A stretch of 64,000 nucleotides of DNA from NCBI GenBank assembly GCA_001917585.1, contig MNEG01000028.1, positions 4,505 through 68,504 on the forward strand, given 5' to 3'. The notes under the pieces were generated by a model. That model worked only from the letters and a program-made list of their open reading frames with translations, was not told where the DNA came from and ran no database searches. This DNA comes from Candidatus Rokubacteria bacterium 13_1_40CM_68_15 (GTDB lineage: Bacteria; Methylomirabilota; Methylomirabilia; Rokubacteriales; CSP1-6). Shown one piece after another: positions 20,180-35,331 of the stretch. How positions within the stretch are numbered: the stretch's first letter is position 1; each line of letters starts with the position of its first letter. A program made the translations under genes and the position numbers.

Positions 20180-21223
20180 TCATAGCACCGGCGTCGCCGA
20201 CACCAGCTGCCAGCGCCGGCCGGCTCGGCGCCACGTGAGCGTCCACGGCCGCCGCTCGGATTCCACGGCGGCCACCGAGACGGCATCGGGATCGACCGCC
20301 GGGTCGGGCGCGTCGCAGGCGGGTTCGGGCGCGAGCGTCGCCGGCAAGCGCCGCCGCAGCTCGGCATCGGGCACGAACGTGGCCAGCGACGCGCGGTCGC
20401 CGGAAGCGAGCGCGGCGAACAAACCCGAGACCGAGTGGCGCAGCGCCTGGTGCCACCCGTTGTACTGGCGGCGGGCCACGCGCGTCGGCGCCACTCCGTC
20501 GGGCGCGAGGCGGTAGACATCCTCCTGCTCGGTCTGGCCCTCGCATCCCGGCGTCCAGCCCGGGTAGTGCAGCTCGTACCGGATGCGCAGCTCGTTGCCG
20601 CGGATCCTCCAGTCACGCGCGACGAGGCCCTCGGGATAGAGCGGTGCCGTGTCCCAGGTCACCGTCACGTCGTCGCCGCGCGGGCGCAGCAGCTCGAGAC
20701 GGAGCGGGCGAACGCCGGCATTGGTCGGCCATCCCTCCCAGGCGACGATCAGCGCCGGGGTCGGGCCGCCGGTCAGCGGGTAGAGGGCCGGGCGGCCGTC
20801 GCGCACGAAGGCGTGCTGCAACTGGGCCTCGCCGCGCGCTTCACCGTAAACCCTCACCGAATTACCCGGGCTGCTGTCCACGAGCTGAAACGCGCCGACG
20901 GTCAGCCGGCCGAGGCGCCGGAGCTTGAACGAAGCGCCACCCCAGGCGTCGGCGAAGCCGTCGAGGCGCTCCTGAAGGAATGGGAGCGACGTGAAGACGC
21001 TGCCGCTCTGCAGGCTGTCGACGATCTCCTCGTCGAGGAGCGCGTAGATCTCGCGCAGGGCTTCGCGGGTACGCTCGCCGTCATCGGTCCCGACGAGGGC
21101 CAACCGGGTGGCGGCCAGATTCCGGAAGCGCTCGAGGCGGTCATCTTGCGCGCCGGGAGCGGCGACCGCACCGAGCAGGACCGGCGCCAGGAGGAACACG
21201 AGCCGCCAGCCCCGACCTTTCAC
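20180..21223 (-). CDS. Secreted hypothetical protein
   Basis: 347 aa with an N-terminal signal peptide (MKGRGWRLVFLLAPVLLGAVAAPGAQD). No motif recognised. Ends 8 nt before the valS start. Confidence 0.5.
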   Translation of the reverse strand: MKGRGWRLVFLLAPVLLGAVAAPGAQDDRLERFRNLAATRLALVGTDDGERTREALREIYALLDEEIVDSLQSGSVFTSLPFLQERLDGFADAWGGASFKLRRLGRLTVGAFQLVDSSPGNSVRVYGEARGEAQLQHAFVRDGRPALYPLTGGPTPALIVAWEGWPTNAGVRPLRLELLRPRGDDVTVTWDTAPLYPEGLVARDWRIRGNELRIRYELHYPGWTPGCEGQTEQEDVYRLAPDGVAPTRVARRQYNGWHQALRHSVSGLFAALASGDRASLATFVPDAELRRRLPATLAPEPACDAPDPAVDPDAVSVAAVESERRPWTLTWRRAGRRWQLVSATPVL

Positions 21224-21245
21224 ACGGCTATGTTACAACAGAGCC

Positions 21246-22460
21246 GTGAAACCCCTGGCGCTCGGGGTTCTCGACCGCTACATCGTCCGCGAGCTCGTGT
21301 CGCCGTTCGCGCTCGGTGTCACGCTGTTCACGTTCTTCCTGGTCCTCGACCGCATCTACAACCTGACCGAGCTCGTCATCACGAAGGGGGTCCCGTTCCA
21401 CCTGGTCCTGCAGCTGCTGGTGTTCATGCTGCCATCGTTCCTGGCCCACACGCTGCCGATGGCGCTCCTGGTCGCCGTCCTCCTGGCCGGCGGGCGGCTG
21501 GCCGGCGACCTCGAGATCGTCGCCTTCAAGGCGGCGGGGGTGAGCCTCCTGCGCCTCTTCCGGCCTGCGCTGATCGCCGGCATCGCCGTCACCGTTGCCA
21601 CAGCGGTGCTCACGCTCGTCCTGAACCCGCTGGCCAACAAGGAGTTCCAGTCCCAGCTCTTCGAAATTCTTCGCTCCCGCGCGGTGACGGGGCTCAAGGA
21701 GCGTGTCTTCAACACGAGCTTCGGCGACACCGTCGTCTACGTCGAGGAGATCAGCGCCTCCCAGGTCCGGCTGCGCGGGCTCGTCGTCTCCGACGAGCGC
21801 GATCCCAAGCTCACGCGCGTCATCACGGCCCGCGAGGGACGGCTCCTCACCGACGAGACGACCCGGCGCATCACCTTGCGGCTGCTCAACGGCGGCGTCA
21901 ACGAGGGGGACATCGAGCCGGCCAATCCCCCCCAGGGCGTGGCGACCGAGGAGACGACGGGAGGAGCGGCGGGGCCGAAGCGTTACCGTTACACCGCCTT
22001 CGGCATCTACGACATGAGCCTCCGGCTCGAGTCGCCGCTGAAGACCGCGGCGCGCGTGGAGAAGCCGGAGCGGGATCTGGGCCTCCGTGAGCTCGTGGCG
22101 AAGATCGAGGCGTACCGGAACGACCCCTTCAACCGCCCGCCCCATGAAGCCGAGCTCCACAAGCGGTTCGCCTTTCCGGTGGCCGCCCTCGTCTTCGTGC
22201 TGCTCGGATTCCCGCTGGCCGTGCGCTCGCACCGCGGCGGGCGTAGCGTCGCGATGGTCGGCACCCTCGTCATTCTCGTCAGCTACTACCTGATTCTGAC
22301 GACGCTGGAAGGCCTCGCCCTCCGCGGGCGCATGCCCGTGTGGCTGGCCATCTGGATGCCCAACGTCCTGTTCGGGGCCATGGGCACCGTCCTCCTCGGG
22401 GTGACCGCGCGCGAGTGGCGGGCGCCGCACCTGCGCCACGTCTGGCGGATCATCGACGTC
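21246..22460 (+). CDS. lptF: LPS export ABC transporter permease LptF (YjgP/YjgQ family); no stop codon before lptG
   Basis: GTG start giving VKPLALGVLDRYIVRELVSPF…; six TM helices with a periplasmic beta-jellyroll between TM3 and TM4. The frame runs straight on into the LptG N-terminus. Confidence 0.65.
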
Positions 22461-23535
22461 GTGTGGCAGCGCCTGCCTCGCCGCCGGGCCGGCCGGAGCG
22501 AGCGCTTCACGACCACCGCGCGCGAAACGACGCTGATCATCGATCGGTACCTGCTCCGTCAGTTCCTCACCTTCATTGGCATTGGCCTCGCCGTGACAGC
22601 GGCCCTGTTCATCGTGGTGGACCTGTTGCAGACCCTCGACCGCTACCTCCGGGTGAAGCCGCCCCTGGTCTACGTCTTCGAGCACTTCCTCTATGCCCTC
22701 CCGGTGGCGCTTCACCAGGGGCTCCCGATCGTCATGCTGGTGGCCACCGTCTTCCTCTTCCTGACGCTCACCCGCTGGCACGAGCTGACGGCGCTGAAGG
22801 CGGCCGGTGTGAGTCTCTACCGCGCGAGTGCGCCGGTTCTTCTGACCGGACTGGCGGAAGATCAAGGGACAGCTTCCCAAGCATCTGCAGTCCCGGACGC
22901 GGCTCTGGCTCCGGAGCTCCGAGAGCCGCTTCTATCGGGTGGAGCTGCTCAATCCCGCCACCAGCGACCTGTACGGGGTGACGGTTCTCGAGATCGATCC
23001 TCAAGATTTCCGGCTGGTCAGTCGACTGGACGCGCGACAGGCGCACTGGACGACGACCGGCTGGGAGCTGATGGACGGCGCCGCTCGCGAGGTCGCTCGC
23101 GACGGGCAAGTCACGACCATTCCCTTCAGTCACACCGCGGTGGACCTGGAGGAGACCATCCGTGACTTCACCGACATCCAGAAGCCGCCGATGGCGATGA
23201 GTTACCGCGAGCTCCGCGATTACGTCGCGCGGCTGGAGGCGGCCGGCTTCCAGGTCAAGAAGTACCTGGTCGACATGTATTCGAAGCTCTCCGATCCGTT
23301 GAAGAACCTCATCATGGTCCTGGTGGCGATTCCGTTCGCGCTCCAATCACCGCGCGGCGGGCGGCTCTACGGCATCGCGCTCGCCATCGCCATCATGGCG
23401 GCCTACATGGTGGTCGACTACTCCGCGCGCGCCTTCGCCCGTGCGGATCTCTTGCCGCCGCTGCTGGCGGCCTGGACGGCCAACGTCATCTTTCTCGGCG
23501 TCGGCGCGTCGCTCTTCCTCCGCGCCCGGACATAA
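22461..23535 (+). pseudogene. lptG: LptG-like permease disrupted by a frameshift or internal deletion (or an assembly error)
   Basis: N-terminal part (LIIDRYLLRQFLTFIG…GVSLYRASAPVLLTGLA) is in the lptF frame up to ~22850. The C-terminal part (RKIKGQLPKHLQSRTRLWLRSSESRFYRVELLNPATSDLYGVTVLEIDPQDF…TANVIFLGVGASLFLRART) is in the +1 frame and ends at 23535. TM3 is truncated; about 20 residues seem to be missing. Confidence 0.5.
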
Positions 23536-23538
23536 ACA

Positions 23539-23575
23539 GGGCACGGGCACCCGGGCTCTCGCCTCGCCCGTGCCC
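23539..23575 (+). terminator. Probable terminator after lptG
   Basis: 10-bp stem GGGCACGGGC/GCCCGTGCCC just downstream of the TAA at 23533-35. Confidence 0.5.
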
Positions 23576-23706
23576 CGTCGCGATCACTCCTGCTGGAGCA
23601 TCGCCCGCCGGGCGTGAGTCGCGACGAGGTGACGCCGTCTCGGCCGACGCCCGACAGAAGCAACGTTCCGCACCACCGTGGAGCAAGCGCTCGCTTGGGA
23701 TCATCG

Positions 23707-23778
23707 CCGGAGTCGGGGGCAGGTCAGGTTCGCGGCGAATGAGTCGTTTGAGCACAGCGAACCTGCCCCCGACTCCGG
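23707..23778. repeat. Perfect 18-bp inverted repeat with a 36-nt loop
   Basis: CCGGAGTCGGGGGCAGGT … ACCTGCCCCCGACTCCGG. Sits 20 nt downstream of the UPF0182 stop, between convergent genes. Confidence 0.7.
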
Positions 23779-23794
23779 CGCGAAGATCGGGAAG

Positions 23795-27804
<4,010 letters not shown>

Positions 27805-27845
27805 CTACAGCGCGCTTCGAGCGCGGACGTTGCCCGCGCGACTCG

Positions 27846-27885
27846 TGGGGGAGGTTTCGGAGGGGGCGATCGAAGCCCCCTCCCC
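27846..27885. repeat. GC-rich hairpin element, copy 2, in the structured metK-ahcY spacer
   Basis: TGGGGGAGGTTTCGGAGGGGGCGATCGAAGCCCCCTCCCCA; inner stem 9 bp (GGAGGGGGC/GCCCCCTCC). Further GC hairpins lie at ~27808-27840. Confidence 0.6.
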
Positions 27886-27887
27886 AG

Positions 27888-29039
<1,152 letters not shown>

Positions 29040-29080
29040 GCTTTTCCCTCCCGGAAAAAGTTGGCCCCACTCTAGCACGC

Positions 29081-30166
29081 TCAGCCGTCGGAGCGCATCC
29101 GTCCCTTGAGCGCGTCGAGCACCGGGACCGACCACGGATCGACACCGCGAAGGATGGCGAGGTAGTAGCTCGTCCACTGACCGAGATAGGCGAGTGACAG
29201 CAGGCGGGCCAGATAGCTGCCGCCCCGAGTCGACGCTTCGGCGACGCCGGCGGCGCCCGGCGCGATGAGCTCGCGCAGCAGCCCGAAGCGTCGGGTGATC
29301 TCCGGGCCCTCTTCGCGATCGCGGAGCAAGACCAGGTAGAGCTCGCGAGCGAGGGGCCCGCTCCACGCTTCGATCTCGTTGTGATTCATCTCGGGCAGGA
29401 CACCGGCGGCGGCGAACGTCTTGGAGTTCTCCTCGAAGTCCGTCTTCCACCGGTAGGCGGTCGTACCCGTGAGCGGTCCGCCGTAGACCACCGGCAGGTG
29501 ATCGCCGATGGCCTGGGCCAGACGCTTCGCTTCGTTCGTCGCCGTCGGCCTGGCCGGACCGAGCTCGGCGGCCAACGCGTCGATGACACCGAACGTCTCC
29601 TCGATTTCCCCGCCCTTCACGACGTGGACGTCGGCGGATTTGAGGATTCCGATCAGCGGGAAGAACAGGTAACCGAGCGCCATGCGTGGCATCAGCCCGG
29701 CCGGCAGTGTGACTCGGGGGACTCCACGCTCGCGCGCCAGTGCGGCCAGCCGCCCGCCCGACGTGACGGCGACCAGTGAGCAGCCGCGGCTCAGCGCGGC
29801 TTCGGCCGCCGACAACGACTCGGCGGTGTCGCCCGAGTACGAGGACGCGATGACGAGGTCGCGGTCGCCGGCCAGCATCGGCAGACCGTAGCCGCGATGG
29901 ACGAGGACGGGCACGTCGAGGCGCTCGGCCGCGCAGCCGGCCAGCAGGTCGCCGCTCGCCGCGGAGCCGCCCATGCCGGCCACGACGATGAGGCGCGGTC
30001 GCGGCGTCGCCGGGGCAAGCGCCGGGCGGAGCTCGACCGCCGCGCGGCACTGGGCAGGAAACTTTGCCAGGACGTCTCGGACTCGATGCACGTCGGCTCG
30101 TTCGTACGTGGCGACGTCGTCGAGCATCAGCGCGCGCGTGTCGTGAGTTGCGTCGTGAATTCCCAT
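29081..30166 (-). CDS. Bifunctional phosphoglucose/phosphomannose isomerase (SIS-domain PGI/PMI family)
   Basis: Starts [25 protein letters not shown] domains ([16 protein letters not shown]; SYSGDTAES) and the conserved C-terminal PGI/PMI region are present. Confidence 0.7.
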   Translation of the reverse strand: MGIHDATHDTRALMLDDVATYERADVHRVRDVLAKFPAQCRAAVELRPALAPATPRPRLIVVAGMGGSAASGDLLAGCAAERLDVPVLVHRGYGLPMLAGDRDLVIASSYSGDTAESLSAAEAALSRGCSLVAVTSGGRLAALARERGVPRVTLPAGLMPRMALGYLFFPLIGILKSADVHVVKGGEIEETFGVIDALAAELGPARPTATNEAKRLAQAIGDHLPVVYGGPLTGTTAYRWKTDFEENSKTFAAAGVLPEMNHNEIEAWSGPLARELYLVLLRDREEGPEITRRFGLLRELIAPGAAGVAEASTRGGSYLARLLSLAYLGQWTSYYLAILRGVDPWSVPVLDALKGRMRSDG

Positions 30167-32217
30167 CCATCCGAGGATACGTCCCCGAGCCGCCAGACCA
30201 GCAGAAAAGCGGTCCCCTGATAGATCCGTTCGAAGCCCGCCTCCGAGACCGAAACGGTCTCGACCGGGCCCCAGGCGATCTCGGCGCCCGGGCTCCAGGT
30301 GAGCTCGGCCTCGATTCCGATCCATTCGTCGATCAGCGCGAGACGCGTCAGTTGCGTCTCCCGGCCGATACTGCGCGGCACAGGGCGCCCGGGGGTGTCG
30401 AGATAGCGGCCCGGCCCCTCGCCCGCGGTGACGGCGAGGTTCCACTGCACGCCCCAGCGTCCGGGAGCGACACCGCCACGGGGAATGAGCCGGTAGCGTG
30501 CTTCCACGCTTCCTCCCTCGATGGTCAGGCGTTTCTCCACCCGAAGCGGCGACTCGGCCCCATGCACGAGGTCGATCGTCACGGCTCCCCGGACGCGGTT
30601 GACCGTCGCCGCCATGGGAAGGCGACCGAGGACGAACCGCGCCTGAGACCACGGCGCCACGGGATCGAGCGCCTGGTCGTCGTCGTCCCAGAGGCCGTCC
30701 AGCAGCGAGGCGCGGCGCAGGTCGTCGTACTGGAGGAACGCCTCGAGGCCTGATTCCTTGTGCCCGGGCGCGTCGTGGATCGTGTGCGCGCGAGCGTCCT
30801 CGTCTTCCGTGAGGCGTCGGCGCACGTCGTCATGGTAGGCCTCGGGCCGCCGGGCGAGCACATCCGCGAGATCGAGTCCACGCTTCGTCGCGGCGAGCTC
30901 GGTGAGGCTCCCGCCTGCTTCAGGACAGACCATCACCGTGAGGTCAGGCGTCCGCACTTCGATCTCCTCGCGTCCGTCGCCGTTGAGATCGCCGCTGGTC
31001 CACACCGGCAGCGCCGGCTGGAGAACCGCGTCGACGCCACGTTCGGCCTCGAGCAAGGCTTGCTTGATCGCGCGGCGGAGGTGCGGCAGGTAGCAGCCAC
31101 CGAATACGCCGTGCCAGTAGGCATCGTTGGCCTGTCCACGCCAGAGGTCGAGCCGTGCGGCGGCGAGCCGCGGCTCGCCGGGCCGATCGGCTTCGGCGGC
31201 GTCGAGCGCTTGAGAGAGGCGAAGCATCTTCCAGTACGTGTCGGCGACCTCCGGATACTTCATCAGAAACGCACGCCAGAAGCCGCCACGGAGCAGGCCT
31301 TGCAACCGCTCACCGTCGGCCAGCGGGGCGAGATCGCGCTTGGCGTTGAGCAGCTCACGCCCGGCGGGCGCCATCAGCGCCCACTCACCCATCTCGCGAT
31401 ACGACGCCGTGGGCAGGTAGACGCGGTCGGTCGCGGGAACGCGGTCGACGACGTCGGAGAACGTCGTCAGCGAGAGCCACGACGTCGCCAGCAAGCGGTC
31501 GAAGAAGCGATCGAGCCAACCGTGCTCGTAGACGTGAGCGTACGTTCCCGGCCACACGCCGAATTTCTCGCCGTCGTCGACGACCGTGAGCACGGGGACG
31601 GCGCCGCGCCGGGCGGCCAGATAGTCCAGGCTCGCCTCGACGTCGGCGAACGGAATCAAGTAACGCAAGCGCTGGCTGATCGGGAAGACGCGCAGCCTGC
31701 GGCCCTGATCTTCGGTCAGGTAGTAACCCCCGATGGCTTCGGGATCGAGGCCAGCCAGCGCGAAGTGCCGGTCATCGACCAGGACGTACTCCACGCCGAC
31801 CGCGCTGAGCGGCCCGGGAAGGTGAGGCTCCCAGACGCGCTCGGCCAGCCACATCCCGCGCGGACGCACGCCGAAGTGCGTCCGGATGAATTCCGTGAGT
31901 CGCGCGATCTGACCGCGCTTGTCGGCGTCGGGGAGGACGGCCAGGATCGGCTCGTAGAAGCCGCCGGTCAGCAGCTCCACTTGACCGCGCGCCACCACGG
32001 TGGCGAGCCGGTCGAACGTGGGCTTGGCCCGTTCGCGCAGCCATTCGAGCAGGTTGCCGGTGAAGTGAGCGGTCAGCCGAACCTCGGGGCGCGCGACGAG
32101 ACGGTCGAGCAAGGGCGCGTACGCGCGCTCGGTCGCCTCGGCGATGACGTGGTCGAAATTCCCGACGGGCTGGTGGTTGTGGACACCGAAGCAGAGCGCG
32201 AGGACGTCGTCACTCAC
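30127..32217 (-). CDS. Glycoside hydrolase family 57 protein (alpha-amylase / 4-alpha-glucanotransferase / branching-enzyme type)
   Basis: 696 aa. The GH57 region I motif HNHQP ([11 protein letters not shown]) sits near the N-terminus, and the C-terminal domain is of the usual size. Confidence 0.7.
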   Translation of the reverse strand: MSDDVLALCFGVHNHQPVGNFDHVIAEATERAYAPLLDRLVARPEVRLTAHFTGNLLEWLRERAKPTFDRLATVVARGQVELLTGGFYEPILAVLPDADKRGQIARLTEFIRTHFGVRPRGMWLAERVWEPHLPGPLSAVGVEYVLVDDRHFALAGLDPEAIGGYYLTEDQGRRLRVFPISQRLRYLIPFADVEASLDYLAARRGAVPVLTVVDDGEKFGVWPGTYAHVYEHGWLDRFFDRLLATSWLSLTTFSDVVDRVPATDRVYLPTASYREMGEWALMAPAGRELLNAKRDLAPLADGERLQGLLRGGFWRAFLMKYPEVADTYWKMLRLSQALDAAEADRPGEPRLAAARLDLWRGQANDAYWHGVFGGCYLPHLRRAIKQALLEAERGVDAVLQPALPVWTSGDLNGDGREEIEVRTPDLTVMVCPEAGGSLTELAATKRGLDLADVLARRPEAYHDDVRRRLTEDEDARAHTIHDAPGHKESGLEAFLQYDDLRRASLLDGLWDDDDQALDPVAPWSQARFVLGRLPMAATVNRVRGAVTIDLVHGAESPLRVEKRLTIEGGSVEARYRLIPRGGVAPGRWGVQWNLAVTAGEGPGRYLDTPGRPVPRSIGRETQLTRLALIDEWIGIEAELTWSPGAEIAWGPVETVSVSEAGFERIYQGTAFLLVWRLGDVSSDGWEFTTQLTTRAR

Positions 32218-32240
32218 GGGCGACTACCTCCCCGGCTCGA

Positions 32241-33110
32241 CTACTCGCGGTCGAGGTCGCGGTGGACCACGGTGGGCGTGAATCCCTGAGACTCCATGAA
32301 GCCGCGCAGCTCCTCGACGAAGGCCACCGACCGATGGCGGCCGCCCGTGCACCCGATGGCCACGGTCAGGTACGCCTTGCCTTCCCGCTGGTACGCCGGG
32401 AGCAGGAAGCGGAGAAGATCCTGCAGCCGCTTGAGCAGGTCGCGGCTGAGGTCGTGCGAGAGGATGAACTCACGAACGCGCGGGTCACGGCCGTCGAGCG
32501 GCCGGAGCCCCTCCACGAAGTGCGGATTCGGCAGGAACCGCACGTCGAAGACGAGATCGGCGTCGATGGGAATGCCGTGCCGGAAGCCGAACGATACCAG
32601 CGAGGCGGCCAGGCCCGGCCTCGTGCGGGGCGTGCCGTGAAGGTCGCCGAGCAGCTCCTTGAACTGGTGTACGGTGAGCGACGAGGTATCCACGATGCGG
32701 TCGGCGACCTCCCGCATGTGGGCGAGCGCCTTGCGCTCGGCCCGGATCGCGTCGTGAACGTGGCCTTCGCCACCCAGGGGATGGCGCCGCCGCGTCTCGT
32801 GATAGCGCCGCACCAGCGCCTCGTCACTGGCCTCCAGGAACAGGATCTCCACCTTGTGCCCGCGCGCGCGGAGCTCGCCGATCGCGTCGAGCAGGTGCGG
32901 CAGGTATTCGCCCTCCCGCACGTCGACACCGAGCGCGACGCGGCTGAACTTCTGGCCGGCACGCGCGATGAGGTCGGCAAACGTCGGAATGAGCGTCGTG
33001 GGCAGGTTGTCGACGCAGAAGAAGCCGATGTCCTCGAGGCACTTGATGGCGAAGCTCTTGCCCGCCCCGCTCATGCCGGTGATGACGACGAAGGCGATGC
33101 TGTCGGCCAT
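32241..33110 (-). CDS. rapZ: RNase adapter protein RapZ (YhbJ; P-loop NTPase)
   Basis: MADSIAFVVITGMSGAGKSFAIKCLEDIGFFCVDNLP…; start at MADSIA (ORF-track aa 285). Confidence 0.85.
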   Translation of the reverse strand: MADSIAFVVITGMSGAGKSFAIKCLEDIGFFCVDNLPTTLIPTFADLIARAGQKFSRVALGVDVREGEYLPHLLDAIGELRARGHKVEILFLEASDEALVRRYHETRRRHPLGGEGHVHDAIRAERKALAHMREVADRIVDTSSLTVHQFKELLGDLHGTPRTRPGLAASLVSFGFRHGIPIDADLVFDVRFLPNPHFVEGLRPLDGRDPRVREFILSHDLSRDLLKRLQDLLRFLLPAYQREGKAYLTVAIGCTGGRHRSVAFVEELRGFMESQGFTPTVVHRDLDRE

Positions 33111-33121
33111 CGGGCCCTGGG

Positions 33122-34585
33122 TCAGCGGCGCTTGGGAGCGAGCCGCCGCTGATGAGACGGCAGGATGCCGAGCTCCTCGCGGTACTTGGCGACCGTCCGC
33201 CGGGCGATGACGAGGCCGCGGCCCTTGAGGATCTGCGCGACCTCCTGGTCGCTCAGCGGCTTGGACGGGTCTTCGTTGGCCAGGAGGTCCTGGATCATCT
33301 TCTTCACCGAGACGGACGACACCATCTCGCCGGTGCCCGAGGCGATGCCGCTGTGGAAGAAGTACTTCAGCTCGAACAGGCCCTGCGGGGTTTCCACGTA
33401 CTTGTTGGTCGTCACGCGGCTGATGGTCGATTCGTGCATGCCGATGTCTTCGCCCACGTCGCGAAGGGAGAGCGGCCGCAGGTACGGCAGGCCCTTGTCG
33501 AGGAACTCGCGCTGGAACTTCACGATCGATTGGGTCACCTTGCGCAGGGTGCGCTGGCGCTGGTCCACGCTCTTGATCAGCCAGACGGCCGAGCGAAGCT
33601 TCTGCTCGACGTACGCGCGAGCCTCGTCGCCCGAGTTGCGCAAGAGCGAGCGGTAGAGCGAATTCACGCGGAGCCGCGGAATGCCGTCCTCGTTCAGCAC
33701 GACCACGTACTCGTTGCCCATTTTGTGTACGACGACGTCGGGCACGATGTAGCGCGAGTCGCTGCCGCCGAAGCGGCGGCCCGGCTTGGGCTCGAGGCTC
33801 ATGATCTCCTCGACCGACTCCATGACGCGATCGAGGGAGAGCTTGAGCGCGCGGGCGATGTCCGGATAGCGGCGCTTGGTCAGGTCGTCGAAGTACTGCT
33901 CGACGATCTCCACCGAGACGGGGTCGGGGTTGGGATCGCTCTTGAGCTGGATGAGCAGGCACTCCTGGATGGAGCGGGCGGCCACGCCGGGCGGATCGAA
34001 GGCCTGCACGAGGGCCAGGACCTTCTCGACGTCCTCCACGGTGGTCTGGCAGCGCGCGGCGATCTCGCTCACCTCGGCCCGCAGATAGCCGTCCTCGTCC
34101 AGGTTGCCGATGATCTCGTTACCGATGCGGCGGACCGCCGGGTCCTCGACAGCGAAGCGAAGTTGCTCGTCGAGGTGGTCGGTGAGCGAGGACTGCGACC
34201 GCACCATGTTCTCGAAGGGCAGCTCGTCGCGGTCCTCCTGGGCCACCAGCGAGCGCTCTTCGTGGTCGTCGAACATGACCGCGGTGAGATCGAACGGCAG
34301 GTCGTCGGTGCCCCGCTCGCGGTCCACCGGGGGAGGCTCCAGCGGCTGCGTTTCCGCGGTGGTGGGCGCCGTCGGCGCCGGGGTCTCGCCGGGCGCGGGT
34401 GCCTCGGGCGTCTCCGGCGTCTCGGTCGGCACCTCTTCCAGCAGCGGGTTCTCGAGCAGCTCCTTCTGGACCACTTCCTGGAGCTCGAGCGTGGACAGCT
34501 GCAGCAGCTGGATCGCCTGCTGCAGCAGCGGGGTCATGACGACCCGCTGGCTCTGTCGTAGAGAAAGTCGCGCTTCCATAGCCAT
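33122..34585 (-). CDS. rpoN: RNA polymerase sigma-54 factor
   Basis: N-terminal Gln/Leu-rich region (LLQQAIQLLQLSTLELQ) and C-terminal RpoN box ARRTVAKYRE. Confidence 0.92.
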   Translation of the reverse strand: MAMEARLSLRQSQRVVMTPLLQQAIQLLQLSTLELQEVVQKELLENPLLEEVPTETPETPEAPAPGETPAPTAPTTAETQPLEPPPVDRERGTDDLPFDLTAVMFDDHEERSLVAQEDRDELPFENMVRSQSSLTDHLDEQLRFAVEDPAVRRIGNEIIGNLDEDGYLRAEVSEIAARCQTTVEDVEKVLALVQAFDPPGVAARSIQECLLIQLKSDPNPDPVSVEIVEQYFDDLTKRRYPDIARALKLSLDRVMESVEEIMSLEPKPGRRFGGSDSRYIVPDVVVHKMGNEYVVVLNEDGIPRLRVNSLYRSLLRNSGDEARAYVEQKLRSAVWLIKSVDQRQRTLRKVTQSIVKFQREFLDKGLPYLRPLSLRDVGEDIGMHESTISRVTTNKYVETPQGLFELKYFFHSGIASGTGEMVSSVSVKKMIQDLLANEDPSKPLSDQEVAQILKGRGLVIARRTVAKYREELGILPSHQRRLAPKRR

Positions 34586-34605
34586 CGTTCAGTCTCGCGC
34601 CCGGC

Positions 34606-35328
34606 CTAGAGAGAGAACTTCTCTCCCAGGTAGATCTCCCGGGCTATAGGATTCGCTGCGATCTCACTGGCAGTGCCTGCAACCAGGATCTTACCGTCGT
34701 ACATGATGTAGGCCCGGTCCGTGATCCGCAGCGTCTCGCGGACGTTGTGGTCGGTGATGAGGATCCCGATGCCCTTCTCGCGCAAGCGACCGACGATTTC
34801 CTGGATGTCGCCGATCGCAATCGGATCGATCCCCGTGAATGGCTCGTCGAGCAGGAGGTACTGGGGCGACGTGACCAGCGCGCGCGTGATCTCGAGCCGG
34901 CGCCGCTCGCCGCCCGACAGTGTGTAGGCCGGATACGGCGCCAGAGGCGTCAGGCCGAGCTCGGCCAACAGCTCGGCCGCGCGCTCGCGGCGCTCCGATG
35001 CCGACAGATCGAGTGTCTCGAGAATGGCCAGCAGGTTTTCCTCCACCGTGAGCTTCCGGAACACCGACGACTCCTGTGGAAGATAGCCTACGCCCAATCG
35101 GCACCGCTGGTACATCGGTAACGCGGTGATCTCCTGGCCTTCCAGGAAGATCCGGCCTCCGTCGCTCGGCAACAGCCCGACCATCATGTAGAAAGACGTC
35201 GTCTTGCCGGCGCCGTTCGGCCCGAGCAGCCCGACCACCTCGCCGCGCTGGATGTCGAGGGAGACCTTGTCCACGACCTTGCGGTGCTTGAACCACTTCA
35301 TCAGATCGAGCGCGACCAGGCCTTCCAT
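34606..35328 (-). CDS. lptB: LPS export ABC transporter ATP-binding protein
   Basis: 240 aa; Walker [10 protein letters not shown], signature [11 protein letters not shown], Walker B ILLDEP. Confidence 0.88.
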   Translation of the reverse strand: MEGLVALDLMKWFKHRKVVDKVSLDIQRGEVVGLLGPNGAGKTTSFYMMVGLLPSDGGRIFLEGQEITALPMYQRCRLGVGYLPQESSVFRKLTVEENLLAILETLDLSASERRERAAELLAELGLTPLAPYPAYTLSGGERRRLEITRALVTSPQYLLLDEPFTGIDPIAIGDIQEIVGRLREKGIGILITDHNVRETLRITDRAYIMYDGKILVAGTASEIAANPIAREIYLGEKFSL

Positions 35329-35331
35329 CGC

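Noticed and set aside
17581-20238. 885-aa plus-strand ORF antisense to valS. Similar long antisense ORFs overlap dnaE (11368-12810, 11654-13120), leuS (47722-50235), guaA, UPF0182, GH57 and others.
   Set aside because: These are low-complexity, Arg/Ala/Gly/Pro-rich translations with no motifs. They lie opposite confidently identified genes and are the expected artefact of ~68% GC, which depletes stop codons.
22790-22810. Apparent single-nucleotide disagreements between the printed sequence and the ORF track at line junctions (near 22800/22801 and 50340/50341).
   Set aside because: These are treated as display or transcription slips, not biology. The ORF-track proteins are self-consistent, so coordinates follow the track. 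The lptG frameshift call rests on the track's own two ORFs in different frames (21108-23165 and 22939-23535), not on these junctions.
21246-23165. Treating the whole 685-codon ORF as one genuine fused LptFG protein.
   Set aside because: The last ~105 codons are low-complexity nonsense, while the real LptG C-terminus is in another frame and ends at 23535. A simple fusion does not explain the data. The lack of a stop between lptF and lptG is kept as an open question.
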